Below, piece after piece: positions 25,737 to 38,638 of a DNA stretch of 64,000 nucleotides. The notes below the pieces were generated by a model, which ran no database searches, was not told the DNA's origin, and saw only the letters and a list, made by a program, of their open reading frames with translations. Location of the stretch: the NCBI GenBank assembly GCA_000182565.2, contig KQ257450.1. The stretch is one strand, 5' to 3'. Position 1 is the first letter of the stretch. Each line of letters opens with the position of its first letter. Origin of the DNA: Spizellomyces punctatus DAOM BR117. Lineage: Eukaryota. Both the position numbers and the translations under genes were made by a program.

Positions 25737-26220
25737 AGAGAGTAAAGGGTAGTTATAGAGAGAGAGAGAGAGAGAGAGAGAAAAGGGAATTTGTCTAATT
25801 TATTTCTTTTTTCACACACACACACACACATTTACATTTACATTTACTCTCTCTATAACTACTCTCTCTCTCTCTACTCTCTCTCTCTCTCTCTCTCTAT
25901 AACTACTCTCTCTCTACTAATACGTATGAGTATCTAGTAAAAAGTATATTTAAATAATAAACAGTGATGGGCGTGTGTCTCTTGATTTTTTCCACGGGAA
26001 TTTTCCCCCTTTTTTATTATTATTTTACCCTTCTCTCTCTCTTCTTTCTCATAGCAGTTGCAGTAGTAGTAGGCAGGCAGGGCTTGGAGTAGTATTCCCT
26101 TCTTGTTTCTTTTTACACACACACACACACACACAGCTCGAGTTTTTATCAGAGAGACAAGACAAGACACACGCCACGCACACAGGGAGAGAGAGCGACA
26201 GGGCTTTTTTTTTTTTTTCA
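25390..26220. repeat. Microsatellite cluster ((GT)n, (CA)n, (GA)n, (CT)n, (CAA)n, polyT) in the divergent ABCA/SKN7 intergenic region
   Basis: At least 8 simple-sequence tracts are directly visible within ~830 bp. Confidence 0.9.
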
Positions 26221-26236
26221 AAGGCAGATTTCTTTT

Positions 26237-29200
26237 ATGGCGTCCTCATCGGGATCGTCCTCGTCCACGTCGTCATCAGCATCCCCTCCTCTCTCAGCAC
26301 TCCCTCCTTCTCTACACCCACAACAACCACAACCACAACAGTATCCTACGATGCGTCCCCTCCCACCGTATCCGCCTCCTCCTCCTCCTCCTCACTATCC
26401 ACAGGGTTACGCTCAGTATCGTCCTCATCCCCTCATGTCGACGCATCATTCTGCTCCCATCCCTCCACCACCGCCCCCACCCCACGCTCACCACCATCCG
26501 CACATGCACCCATACCCAATGCCCATCCTCCACGGACAATACCCGCCTCCTCCTCCAGTTCATCCACAACAACCACAACAACCACAACAGCCGCAGCAGC
26601 ACTATGTGCACTACCCACAAGGCTCGTCGATTCCACAACCGCGTCCCATACCCAGGCCGCCGCAGCCGCAATCCAGTAATCCCCCATCGCATCATCACCA
26701 CCACCATCACCACCATCCACAACAACAACCGCCAGAACAGCAGCAAGCACCACAATCGCAACAAGGATCGCAGCAACCCTCACAACAGGGACAATCGTGT
26801 GCGGCGGTGACTGGCGGCAGCAGCTGCTCTACTCAACAATCAGAACAACAGATTCATGCCCACGATGCTGCGCACAAGACGAGGCAACCGCATCCCACGC
26901 CCGTCTCGCCCACATCCGCCAAACCTTCTCTCTTGGCCGACGCAAAGAGCCCCACACCGCTACAAGACAATGACGACTCTGACCACATTTCCGGTGCCTC
27001 GTCATCCACTGCATTGACAACAACAACGCCGGCAACAACAACGTCCAGCGGTGTTCCCGATTTTGTCAAAAAGCTCTTTAGAATGCTCGAAGACACATCC
27101 TATGCCGACATTGTCTCGTGGGGTGTACATGGTGATACCTTTGTCGTCAAAGAACCTAATGAATTTGCCAAAAATGTCTTGCCAAAGCATTTCAAGCACA
27201 ATAACCCGGCGAGTTTTGTTCGGCAGTTGAACAAGTATGGCTTTCACAAGATAAAGAGTCAGGACGATGGGAGGCTTTATGGAGATCAGGTAAAAGAACG
27301 AGAGTTTTTTGAATGCTTGAAAAAAACAAGTGCATAAACTTTCACCCTCTTGTCTTTTAGGCTTGGGAATTTCAGCATCCAAATTTCCAGTACAACAAAA
27401 AGGAAATGCTTGAATCCATTCGTCGCAAAACGCCCGCCTCCAAACCAAAGACGGTTGCGACGACAGGCAATGGCCCGGCCTCTGGTGTGCAGGACGCCTT
27501 GACCACCGAGCTGCGCAAAGATACCAATGACTTGCAAACCCAAGTAGACAGTTTGACCAAATTGCAGTCTGACATTGCATCGTATTTGCAAGGACTGAGC
27601 CGCAACTATCGCATGGTGGTCGAAGAGATTCTCAATTTCAGGAAAAACATGGTGGCCCAAGATCAGGTCATTCGCAACTTGGTGGATTACATTGTTGGAA
27701 AAGATTCTGCGAGTAAGTCTACACGGGAAACGATTGCAGCCGTGGTTTGTTTCAAGGTTTCTCACATTGGAACATTATTTTAGACGAAAAGTTTCAGCTG
27801 CCCAACGCATCGCGGATGGGGCTGCCGTCAGCATCAGCAGAAGCGTCCACCGTGGCCGACGAGAGCTCACCTTTTATTACACCGTTTGCCTTTACAAAGA
27901 CGTCGATACCCTCGTCATCACCCCTGTCCCAGGCCTTTAATGGCCTGCAACCCGACCTCAACATGAACACCATCATGAACCCGTCGGCACTGGATTTGCC
28001 AAAAGAGCAGGCCCAAAAACTATTGACAACGTATCAACAAGTCGCACGAGCGAGTTTCCACCAAATGAATGAAATTAGCCGTCATGTCCGGGAGGCCTAT
28101 GGCATGATGCAGACGCCGCCTCCTGGCTTGAGCCCCACGCCAACGGATAATGTGCCCATAGACGCTCGCTCTGGGGAAGGCTTTTTAAATGGAGATGGTG
28201 TCAGCGGACCCAACGTTAGTGGCAGTAGCAGCAGCAGCAGCAGCACGACGGCTGCAAGTAGTAGTACGAGTGCGGGTTTCTCGGCCAGCGCGGCATTTGC
28301 TTCCCAATTGAATTCTCAATTGATGCAAACCCAACAACAAGGCGGATTGACCGTGTTTACCGTGGGTGGATTTGCACCTCGGCGGGACGATGGCGTGGAC
28401 GAAGGAGACAGTTCGGGAACGGGAACGGGGGGATCCCCGCGGCCTCCCAACAGTATGCGCGTCACGAGGGCCACCTTTGTACCTCCTTGGTGAGTTTTTA
28501 TCCTTTGCACATTTGTGCAAAACCATTAACTTTGTATCATATGCCAGGTCTGTTCCACCCAAAGTCCTCTTGGTAGAAGACGATGTGACCTGCCGCAAAC
28601 TCTCGAGTAAATTATTGCAAGTCTTTGGGTGTTCGTTTGATGTTGCCGTGGATGGACTAGATGCTGTGGAGCGCATGAACGTGGGCAACAAGTATGATAT
28701 TGTTCTCATGGTATGTATCTTATCTGTATCGTGTCGTCGTCCGTCATTGTCGTAGTGATTTTTATCAATGTTAGGACATTGTCATGCCAAATTTGGATGG
28801 AGTAACCGCCACAAACCGTATCCGACAATTTGATCAACTGACGCCCATCATCTCCATGACGTCCAATACAACCGAAAATGATTGTATGACGTACCTTGCG
28901 AATGGGATGAACGATATTTTGGCCAAACCCTTTAACAAGCATAGCATGTTATCCATGATTGAGAGGTATGTTTAGGCTGCATGTGACAACATGATGTACA
29001 AAGCTCAAACGAAAATGTACACACTATGTAGATACTGCAACCACCTCGTTGGCCAACGCGCCGCCGCCCTCGGCATCCCCCCCGCCATCGCCCAACGCCG
29101 CCTCCTCCAACCCGAACCCAGCCGCATTGAAGAAGTTGCAGAAGACGAACCCATGGACCTCAAAGACCCCCTCTTTTCTGAATCCAACTTTACCGACATG

Positions 29201-29446
29201 CTCAACATGCCCATGGGCGAACTAGGTGGCCTCGGCATCCAACCCTTTCAATACCTATCCCCATTGGATCTCGACTCTTTTGATGGGTTGAATGCCCCTG
29301 CGAGTGATTCAGAGAGTTCGCTGAGTGGATCTCCAATGGAGAGAGCCGAGATGGAGGAATTGGGGTACGAGTTTTCGGGACGGAAACGAGAGGCTTGTGA
29401 GTTGGGGTTGGCGATTGGGATGGGAGTGAAGCGACGGAGGGCCTGA
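26237..29446 (+). CDS. SKN7: Skn7/Prr1-type transcription factor (P/Q/H-rich N-terminus, HSF DNA-binding domain, coiled coil, response-regulator receiver); multi-exon
   Basis: PDFVKKLFRML...SFVRQLNKYGFHK...WEF (HSF DBD); KVLLVEDD...YDIVLM/DIVMPNLDG...TPIISMTSN...LAKPF (receiver). Confidence 0.92.
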
Positions 29447-30247
29447 GCTGTTTGATTGTTTTTGTTTTTGTGTGTTGTTTTGTTGAGGGGATACCAATGT
29501 TTTATCTTTTTGTTTGTTTGTGGTTTTCTTTTTTGTTTTTGTTCTTGTGGGGGATACGGGGGCGGAAAACTTGAAAACAATGAGAAAAGAAGAAAAAAAA
29601 AAGACGAGGAGGAGGGTTTTTGGATATCGGGGTGGTGTGTTTTCGAATTCTTACTGTAAATGATTTTATCTTTATGTTTTTTTTTTTTTGTGTGTGTGTG
29701 TGTGTGTGTGTGTGCTGTTGTTTTGTCGAGTGTTGATTTGTTCTTTTTAAAAGAATAAAAAAAAAACGATATGGATTTCTTTAATTGTTTTTCTCCATTC
29801 TTCTTTCTGCTTTTTGCCGAACTTTTTTAAACCCATTGAGGGAGTTGTAAATGAAAATTGAATCCGTTGTCCTGTGTTCTACTCATTCGATGTATTCCAG
29901 CAAAATGGGATGCTCAACCGGATGATATATGCTCTCATTACTGCCATCAATAATACGGATTTGTCTTGTCTACAGTATACTTATAAGTGGGATTTTCGTG
30001 AGGGGTTCTAAAGTGTAGGGTATCGATTCCGTTTTGATATTTTATGCGTTCATGAGAGGTTGTGCCTTCCATTGTCCACGCAGAATATTACATACCATGC
30101 ATTGCATACAGTAAAAAGTTGGGTATATAAAGTGTATAGTATGTATTTTACTGCAATCGTATTACAGATAAAAAAAAAAAAATCTCGCCATACACTCAAC
30201 TTTGCATTCCTCACAAACCACCACACCATTCAACACCAATCAAAAAC

Positions 30248-30828
30248 TCATTTAAAAAACCCTCCTTTAAACTTTCCAAACTTGCCGCCCTTCCATTTTC
30301 CTCCCCACTTACCACCCCACTTGGGTCCCTTGAACCCCTTGAATCCCTTCCTCTTCCACTTTTTATCATGTCCAAACCCATGATGCGGACGCAACATACC
30401 CGACAAGGCATACATACCCGCCGCACCACCCAACGCACCAGCCGCCATACCCATCCCACTAGAACCATGGTGTGTCGACATGCCGGGTATCCCCATTGGC
30501 ATTCCCATTGGCTTGGCTTGTTGGTACTGTGGTGCATATTGTTGTTGTTGGTGTTGTTGTTGGGGAATGTATGTACTTGGTTGTGGTGTGTATTGGGGTG
30601 GAGGTGTGTGGTGGGGTGCTGGGTAGGAAGGGGGGTAGTAGGATGGTGGATGGTTTGTGCGGGGGTCGGTCCAGGTTGTTGTTTGGGTTGTCGTGTCTAG
30701 TCGAGATGACATGAGTGATGGGGAATAGGGTGGCGGAAATTCTATTATAACTCACCGACGAAAAAGTAGCGTTGGTAGTTTGGATCCCATTGGGTTATCC
30801 AGCCTGGTGGGAGTGGACGAGAATCCAT
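30248..30828 (-). CDS. Small WW-domain protein (Wwm1-like) with Pro/Gln-rich middle and Gly/Lys-rich tail; 2 exons
   Basis: Spliced LPPGWITQWDPNYQRYFFV/DTTTQTTTWTDPR forms a WW domain; C-terminus KWGGKWGGKWKGGKFGKFKGGFFK. Confidence 0.85.
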
Positions 30829-31039
30829 TATTGAATCTATTTACTGTTCAAGAAACTTTTGGTGGAAGAGGATTGCCAAGATGCAAAAGACAAACGGCGA
30901 GCGTGTTTGGACACCCCGCCCGTGTTTACCACCTTGCGAGGCTGAGTTTTCAACACGTGACAAGTCAATGACACACGCACAAGCGCGTTGGGTTTTCAAC
31001 AGAAACTCTCACATCTGCATTTGTCTATCGCACGCAAAC

Positions 31040-31569
31040 ATGTCGAATAGGTAAAAACCGCAAAATGTCGATTCCACAAACCAATACCACTCACCTTTTT
31101 CATAGATACGACCCAACAGACCGCCTCCTAGACCAAAACGATGAATCCCTATCCAATCTCACCTCAAAAGTCTCGACACTCAAACACGTATGTCCCTTTT
31201 CTCATTCTCACACATGCAAGATTATAAACCATTGCGAGTAGATTTCAATGGACATTTACGATGGAGTCCAAGAGGACCACCGGTAACGTACTCGTCATCC
31301 CATTTCATTAACGCAGTGGTATTCATACTTGTATGTGTAGACGATTAGATGACATTGTAAGTACCCAAACTGTTGAAACATTACGAAATGGACGATACTC
31401 ATGAACCACCTAGTCAACGACATTCACATCAGCGCGGACAGAGGTGATGGCATCTGCTCGACGGCTGCATACGACCTTGACGGTGCGGTATGGGCGGAAT
31501 GCTTGGAAGATTGTTGGGTGTTTGGTAGGGGTTGTGGTTGTTTGGCTTGTATGGAGACGGTGGAGTTGA
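31040..31569 (+). CDS. Bet1/Sft1-like Qc-SNARE; several short exons
   Basis: Spliced MSNR/YDPTDRLLDQNDESLSNLTSKVSTLKH/ISMDIYDGVQEDH...; C-terminal TM IVGCLVGVVVVWLVW. Confidence 0.72.
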
Positions 31570-31675
31570 CGAGTTGTATTGCACAAGTTGTCTGGTATGC
31601 TACTACATCCGACATGACACACACAACATATAATGTATATAGCCAAAAAAAAAAAAAACGAAAAAGAAACTTTTG

Positions 31676-34600
31676 TTAAAATGCTACTTCGTCTTCACCT
31701 GCAATCGGCATGGCAACCCGTTTTGCATCCCGTTTTCGATGGACTTGGCCTATGATGGATTGGAATAATGCGTGGGGGATGAGAGTCTCGATTGTGTCGG
31801 GTGGTAAAGTCGTTAATGTCGTAAACTAAGTCATGTTTCAAAAAACGTGGTGTAAACATGAGATTGAATATGAATAAAAACAATAAAGGGAAACGTACTC
31901 GCTTAAGAACAAGAAACGCGGATTCTAAATGTTTTGTTTGCAGTTCTTTATCCGTCATTCGATTGACTAACCGCATCAACATCGTAGAAGCCACCTAAAA
32001 ACACATACCATCAAAAAAGCATCCCAACACCAATACAAACACCACCAAAAAAACGTACCTTACAAAACTCCTTTTCCCCCTCAGTCCCCCTCAAAAGCAC
32101 CGCCCAAGCCTCCGCAAGACAATGCCCATTATTCTCCAACCCATCAATAAACGCATTGTAAGCTCCACTCTCATCAAATGCCACATGCCATAATTGGGTT
32201 GTGTAGAGGTAGGGGAGGAGGTTCCAGAGTCCTGCATCGGACGTTCCGGTCGTGATACCCAGTGCGCTTGTGATGCGTGTGTCGATGCGGGTTGTGAGGC
32301 CTATATCGTTTGCGAGGGTGTCCACGGCCTTTTAAAATACAGTGCTTTGTTAGTATTGTTATTTGCATTAGGGGGTCAACGATATGTCGTGTAGTTTTTC
32401 TTACCCTGAAGGGCCGCACACCTGCGATATTGGGCGCGTAATGCCGATGCGCCGTCTCAATGCACGCAAAAAGATGACTACATTTTTCCGACAAGACTTT
32501 TTGGACGGCTTCAGAGAGGAGGTGTCGGAATGTGAGGATAAAGCCCAGCGTAATTGTTTTAGAGGTATGGTCCTTGATATCTTTGTAAATTTTTATAAAC
32601 AACATGTTAGATTACATGCCGAAAAATCAAATGACTCGTCAATAATACTTACTTTTAAACTTTTTCAAAATCTCTAAACACCTCGTTTCATCCGTCCATG
32701 ATGCCTTGAGTCTCTCCAATACATCTTGATGTTGCAACAACATATCCTACATAGGCATAAAGAACATCCAATTAAAACAACGCCCTAGAAAAAACACTCT
32801 AACTAAAACCAGAAACAAAAAAAAAGTAACATTACCCTGGTCGCATTCACTAACCCCCCAATCATCCGCACAAACTGCTCATCCATAAACCGTGCACCGT
32901 GTGGACCCACCAATTCGCACAATGCCGAGAGTTCTTACAAAGAAAAAAGAATTAAAAAAGTTGGGGACACAAATAGATATAAATATCAATAAGAAAAATG
33001 TTACCATTGATATCGGTAAATGTTTCGGCTTGCAGGGATAAATGCCCACGACTTAGAAACGCACGACGGTTGGGTGAATAACATATTGTTCCTGTCGTTG
33101 CGCGTGAGCCAATTAGTTCCGAGTACCTTATCAAAAAACAACAAAAAGAAATTAATATAAAATAAAACAAGGCTTTGAGTTAAAGCAGAGGTTGTTTGTT
33201 TACCATGCCATGTAAATAACCAAAAAAGGCTGGTTGGTCCCAATGGGTGGTGGCTTCGATTTAGGTTTTTTGATCGGTTGACTGGCGGGGTAGACCATTT
33301 GATCTGTTTGTGCATCCGCATAATCCCTCGCCCTACGATTTTATAAAGTTTAGTCCGCAAAACGGCATAGTGCTTATTTGAGGGGGACCTTACGCTGTAT
33401 AGTTAACAGCTTCCAATAACACCTCTCGAATTGCCAATGTACAGCTCATTGGAACTACAAAAAACCCCCAAAACATATTAGCACCAACACACCCGTACAC
33501 GCAACAAAAGCAGTTGAACTATACCTAGGTTATCCATAAACCGAACGGCAGAGAGGTACCCCCTCACTTCATTCAAAAACACAGAAGGCCGCTTTACGTC
33601 ATACGATAATCCTTCATCTGTCGGATGACTCCCTCCTAGTCCAGCGAAACCGGATGGACTCGGCGTATCGGGTGTTTTATAAATAGATGAAGTAAGATGT
33701 CTAAAGCACCATCATGAGCTCCAAATAACAAAAAAAAAAAAATAACGTATGTAACATACGATTGGAACCGCTCCGCGAGCGTCTCGAGAAAGAACTCAAT
33801 AGGATGAAATTCAGAGTCGTATACAATGGTCGTGATGGGGTTAGAAAGTGCAAACAGTAGATTTCGCAAGAGTTGTTTCTGTCGTTCCAGACTAGAAATG
33901 AAATTACCAAATCAATCACCCCCATCAAAAAACAAAGGATATAAATAAACTCCATACCTCCTGGCTCCTGGATCCACACCACTCAAAACACTCTCCCACC
34001 CAGGTTTCGCAACAACTTTTTCCGCAGCCTGTTTCTTTTTCTTTTTCCTATCCCCCTTTTGTGAGACGGCTTCTTGTGTCAGTGTTTGATTCGTGTAGGT
34101 GATCATGTGTAAGGCGATATCGTGGGCAAGGCTTCCGGCATATTGACCAAGAATGGAATAAACTTCGGTTGCAAAGAGGACGGAATGGATTGTTAGGTGT
34201 TTAGCCTGTTTTGTTTGGAATATATATGAGTGGAAAAGATACCAAAAAAAATACGGGAAACGAACTTTAAGTACCTCGGCAGGCCACGATGGACTGATAT
34301 TGGACAAGAATTCCTCAGCGAGGGACCCCAATGCCCCTGTATATCGTACCCATTCCGGAAAACCATCCATACATTCCTTCAAATGCTCGTGTAGAGCGTT
34401 TTGGTAAAAGCATAATTCACGTAGACTTGAATGCTGCTCAATGCAATCATCAAAATTGTCCAACCACCTACGGAAATGCCAAGGACGTTTAATATAGTTC
34501 TGCCGCCATACCACAAACGTTCAAGGTAATCCAGTGCTTAGCACACATGTAATACACTACATACCGTGATCGTTCACAGAGATCCGTCATGAGCCATGTA

Positions 34601-36957
34601 ATGTCTGAAATATTGGCGACACCCCCCGCAGAAGGTAATGCCGCGCATACTTGGAAACGAAGCCAGTTGAGTCGTAATGCCTAAATCAAAAGCACACACA
34701 TCAAAACCCAACAATAACAAAAAACCAATCTGAAAATTATGAGCAAACAAATGGGGTTAATAGTTTACCTCTAACCCACCACCATCAATCAACTCCCCCA
34801 TCTCATCCGTCGTAAACATTGTAATCAACCGATGTATTTCCTTTAACAGTATCCCCATGTTCTCCACCTCGAGATCAGGTCCCAAGGCATTATCAATGAG
34901 TTGTAACAGATTTGGAGCGTAAAATTGAGCGATTTGGCTGGCAAAATGGTCTCGGATGACTAGAACAATGTTAGAAATATTTCCTTTAGCACTCAAACCA
35001 AACGAAAATAAACAATGGAAAAAAAAAACAAACTGTGGATGTAAAACATACCATCAACATTTTTGCGTAAACTTTTAGCCAAATCCTTGATAAGCCAAAT
35101 CAACTCTACGACACCAACATCCAACAACCGAACATCCTTTTTCCCTTTTCGTTTCCCCATAGCATCCATATCAAGATGATAAAAGTACCATAAAATCTCA
35201 TCTCGCGCGAATCCCATGGCGCTTGCCACCATCTGCTCCAAAAACACATATTTTAAGAAACATAAATATCAATATCATACATATTGAGACCTTACCGGGA
35301 ATTTACTACAAAGAATCCGACGCTCCCCGCATAGACATAGCATTTGTTTGATTTGGTGTCGGAGGTAGTCTCGTCGTTCTTTATGAAATATCGGGGCGGT
35401 TGTTGCCGTTACGGTGAGCGTATCACTAAAGTACACACACATTTCAACAAAAATTTTAAATAATTTGAAAAGTAGGTTATACCTAACAACCCCCTTCATA
35501 TTCGCCAACTTTTTGTATGCTTTGGAAGAGTGCTCATATTCGCCTATAATATTCAACATCTATTTCAAAGTGTCAGCTGACTTGTTTCATCCATGGCACG
35601 GTAGTCATCACTGTCGTAAATGTTTTTTTTTTTACCTCGTTCCGAACCAAGGGCATTGCATATCCATAGCTTAACCCCTGCTTTAACAACTCGATACAGG
35701 CGGGTTGTTTCCCAACTTCGGATGGACACACCAAAAATCCAATCACCAGAATATTGAATTGGCGATTCATGACGGTCAATCCTCTCAAATGCTACCACAA
35801 CCCCAAAAAATAAAAATAAGAAAACAATAAACAAACAGGACAAACACATAAAACATTACAAAACTATGTAGTATCTAACCTTTTCATCAGGCTCGGGCGC
35901 CTTAATCCCACTCATCTCAGGCGTCAAACTCAAAATCGCCATTTTCCGAAAATTATCGGCAGTCATACACAACCTTTGATCCAAGTCCGGTTTCATCTCC
36001 AATAGCAAGGATATAATCTTTGGTGCGAGTGTTGTGCAATTGTCTTGGATGACTGGTAGTGGTTTCTCATACGTTAATAGGAATTTCGAAAGTCTATAAA
36101 AAAAAAAATCAATAACAGTTTTTGACCTTTTGCTAGTTGTAAAACAGACTCACCTATTGAAATTCCGCTCTGGTTCTCCAAAATCCACCAACCACGCCTT
36201 ACAATACCCAGCAGCAATCAATTTCCGCTCAGGTCCCAAGGACGCCAACATGTAAATAACCGATACATGATCCACAAGTAAATCCAAAAATAAATTGACG
36301 AGATCGGGGTTGATATCAGACTACAAAAAAAAAATAACAACCTCCTCAAAATCAACAACGCTACTTTATTTTCTTTACGCACGATATAATGTTGTTTGTT
36401 ACGAATACTTACACTGAAATTCACAAGATTAATCGAATCTTGCAAAATAACCAAACTAATCTCGACGAAATCCATAGCGGCGACGAGGAGGGTGTAGTAC
36501 GGCCGAAGTTCATCCAATACTTGTACATGAACATCACGAAACGCCTGAGCCCTCGAATCCTACACACATAATAAAAAAAAGCAACCATTAGGAACAAAAA
36601 AATAAAAAAATAAATGTACATGTATATACAAAAAAAAATTCAAGATACCTTGGTCAATTCTGCCAACTCTGGAAACTTTTTCATCATCTTCTTCCAAACC
36701 TCTCCCAAATTCGGATCGTTGAGACATTTTATTTTTTCAAGTGCTGGGCGGGAGGGGGATACGGGTGTGAGAGAGGCACCGTTATAAGTGTACGATACGT
36801 CTGGGGAGCCGCCTTTGGAGAGGATATCGGTCGGTGATGTGAGGGGTGTCGAGACGTCAGAGGCGATGGCATGTTTGGCGCAGTAGAGAGCTGTCAGGAG
36901 CCCGCGGGCGTGGGAGTGGAGAGAGAGAAGATGGTCGGCCCACTTGTTCATGTCCAT
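31676..36957 (-). CDS. NCKAP1: Nck-associated protein 1 (Nap1/Hem), WAVE/SCAR regulatory complex subunit; many exons
   Basis: KWADHLLSLHSHARGLLTALY, RDEILWYFYH, SSLRELCFY, KPGWES, DGLENNGHCLA and ESAFLVL match conserved NCKAP1 blocks. Confidence 0.85.
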
Positions 36958-37312
36958 AGTGTCCGCAACCTACCAATAGTTGAAAAGATAGCAAGTATCC
37001 TCGCAGCGTTGAGCAAACTGTTGAGCGTGTCGCTGATTACGCGACCTATTATTCAAGCATCCACCGGGACACGTGGCTGGCCTCAAAGCTTAAACAACTC
37101 ATGACTTTTTCTCAGTAAACCAGGTGGACCTTTCAGAGGAGGACACACACAAGAACGCACTGCACACACTTTTGTGATGACTCAAAAAGATATATTCAAG
37201 AAGCGAACGGGATATGAAGGTAGGGCAAATTGCACCCAAAATATACAAGTAATTATGGTAATAAAAAACGTCACTCAAAAAGCTATATACAGAAAACCAC
37301 GACCAGGTCCCA

Positions 37313-38638
37313 CTATCGGTACCTCATCACAATCCGTGGCTTGTCTCGTGGCGATCCACAACACACGGACTGGCGAAGTAACGCAGCGGCGTTCGACTGA
37401 AAGTCAGTTCCCTCAAACTCGCCGTCCTCTGCCAAGACAAACGGGTCTTGGACAATCTCCGCCGCAGTGATGCGACGAGACGGCTCTACTTCAAACATCT
37501 TAATGAGAAGCTCGGCTGCGTACGTTACGACCGGACACCATGGATCTTCGTATCCAATCCGTTGGGTGTCGAGATGGTCCTGAATTTTGCGGGTAATGAA
37601 CGAAGTGGTGGAAGAGCGAACGAGTTTCGAGCCGAGGTAGCTCAAGGAGCAGTCTGTGAGGTAGGGTTCCAGCCACTGCCCCATTATGACACCAGCGGAA
37701 TATATGTCGGGTGCGGTACTTGTCGCCGTTCCAGCGTACATTTCGGGTGCAATGTAGCCGGGAGTACCTCTTCCAATTGGATGAACATGGGCGGGATCAC
37801 AGAAGCGAGCAAGACCCCAGTCAATGATGACCAGGTCATCGTTCTCATCCAGCATTAAATTGGATATTGAGAGGTCTAGGTGAGCTAGACCGATTGCATG
37901 CGCTGCTTGAAGTCCGGTCGCGAGCTGTTTGACATACTTTGCCACTTTGACAAGATCAAGCTTGTTACAGTCAAAGCGCTTCAATTCGGGGAAAACGAGT
38001 ACACGTTCGCCGGTAACGGGGTCTTCAAAGGTATCCCGTAATCGCAGCACGTGGGGAAGGTTAGCTTCATTTATCTTTCGAAGGATTGCAAGCTCGTGTT
38101 CCGCAGTCTCGGGACTGTTGAGACGCTTCAGGACGACGGGCTTGTTCCCATCCTGGGTATCATATGCATGCTCAATGGAAGACAACTCAGTGTTGACCTT
38201 TTCAAAAGAAGAGTTGACAGTGTATCTGGATCCAGCTTTTGGTTTTTGTCCTTCTTGCTGAATTTTAAGTTCCAGTTGAATAGCTCTCGAAAGCGCTTGC
38301 CATGTTGCTACAGCGGCGGGCGATTCTGAACGACGAAAGGCTGTGCAACTTTCAAAAGAGCGGGAGGACTCGACACGAAGCATGACGGTGGGTATTGTGG
38401 AAAGGGAAGCGTGCTTGCGAGCGGTGGTTGGGGAGGCGTTGGAAGAACAAGTGCGTGCTTTCTTCAAGGAACTAGTGGACGATGCGCGTTCAGATTTCAG
38501 TGATATGCCGGCAGAGGAACAACACCGACGATCAGTTCGACGGGAAGGTAACGATGATTGTGAGTGGGATCGGACGTGGGAGAGGGGCTCAGCGGGAAGT
38601 GCAACCAGGACAGAGTCGAATGAACAACTACGAGACAT
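37313..38638 (-). CDS. Intronless Ser/Thr protein kinase (non-RD) with Ser-rich N-terminus
   Basis: VVLK, ELAIL, HLDLSISN, IIDWG, GTPGYIAPE, DIYSAG, RITA in a 441-aa ORF. Confidence 0.88.
   Translation of the reverse strand: MSRSCSFDSVLVALPAEPLSHVRSHSQSSLPSRRTDRRCCSSAGISLKSERASSTSSLKKARTCSSNASPTTARKHASLSTIPTVMLRVESSRSFESCTAFRRSESPAAVATWQALSRAIQLELKIQQEGQKPKAGSRYTVNSSFEKVNTELSSIEHAYDTQDGNKPVVLKRLNSPETAEHELAILRKINEANLPHVLRLRDTFEDPVTGERVLVFPELKRFDCNKLDLVKVAKYVKQLATGLQAAHAIGLAHLDLSISNLMLDENDDLVIIDWGLARFCDPAHVHPIGRGTPGYIAPEMYAGTATSTAPDIYSAGVIMGQWLEPYLTDCSLSYLGSKLVRSSTTSFITRKIQDHLDTQRIGYEDPWCPVVTYAAELLIKMFEVEPSRRITAAEIVQDPFVLAEDGEFEGTDFQSNAAALLRQSVCCGSPRDKPRIVMRYR

Noticed and set aside
25463-26810. 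Long overlapping low-complexity ORFs (25463-25831, 25975-26679, 26103-26810 and antisense)
   Set aside because: Artefacts of microsatellites and shadow frames of the P/Q/H-rich SKN7 exon.
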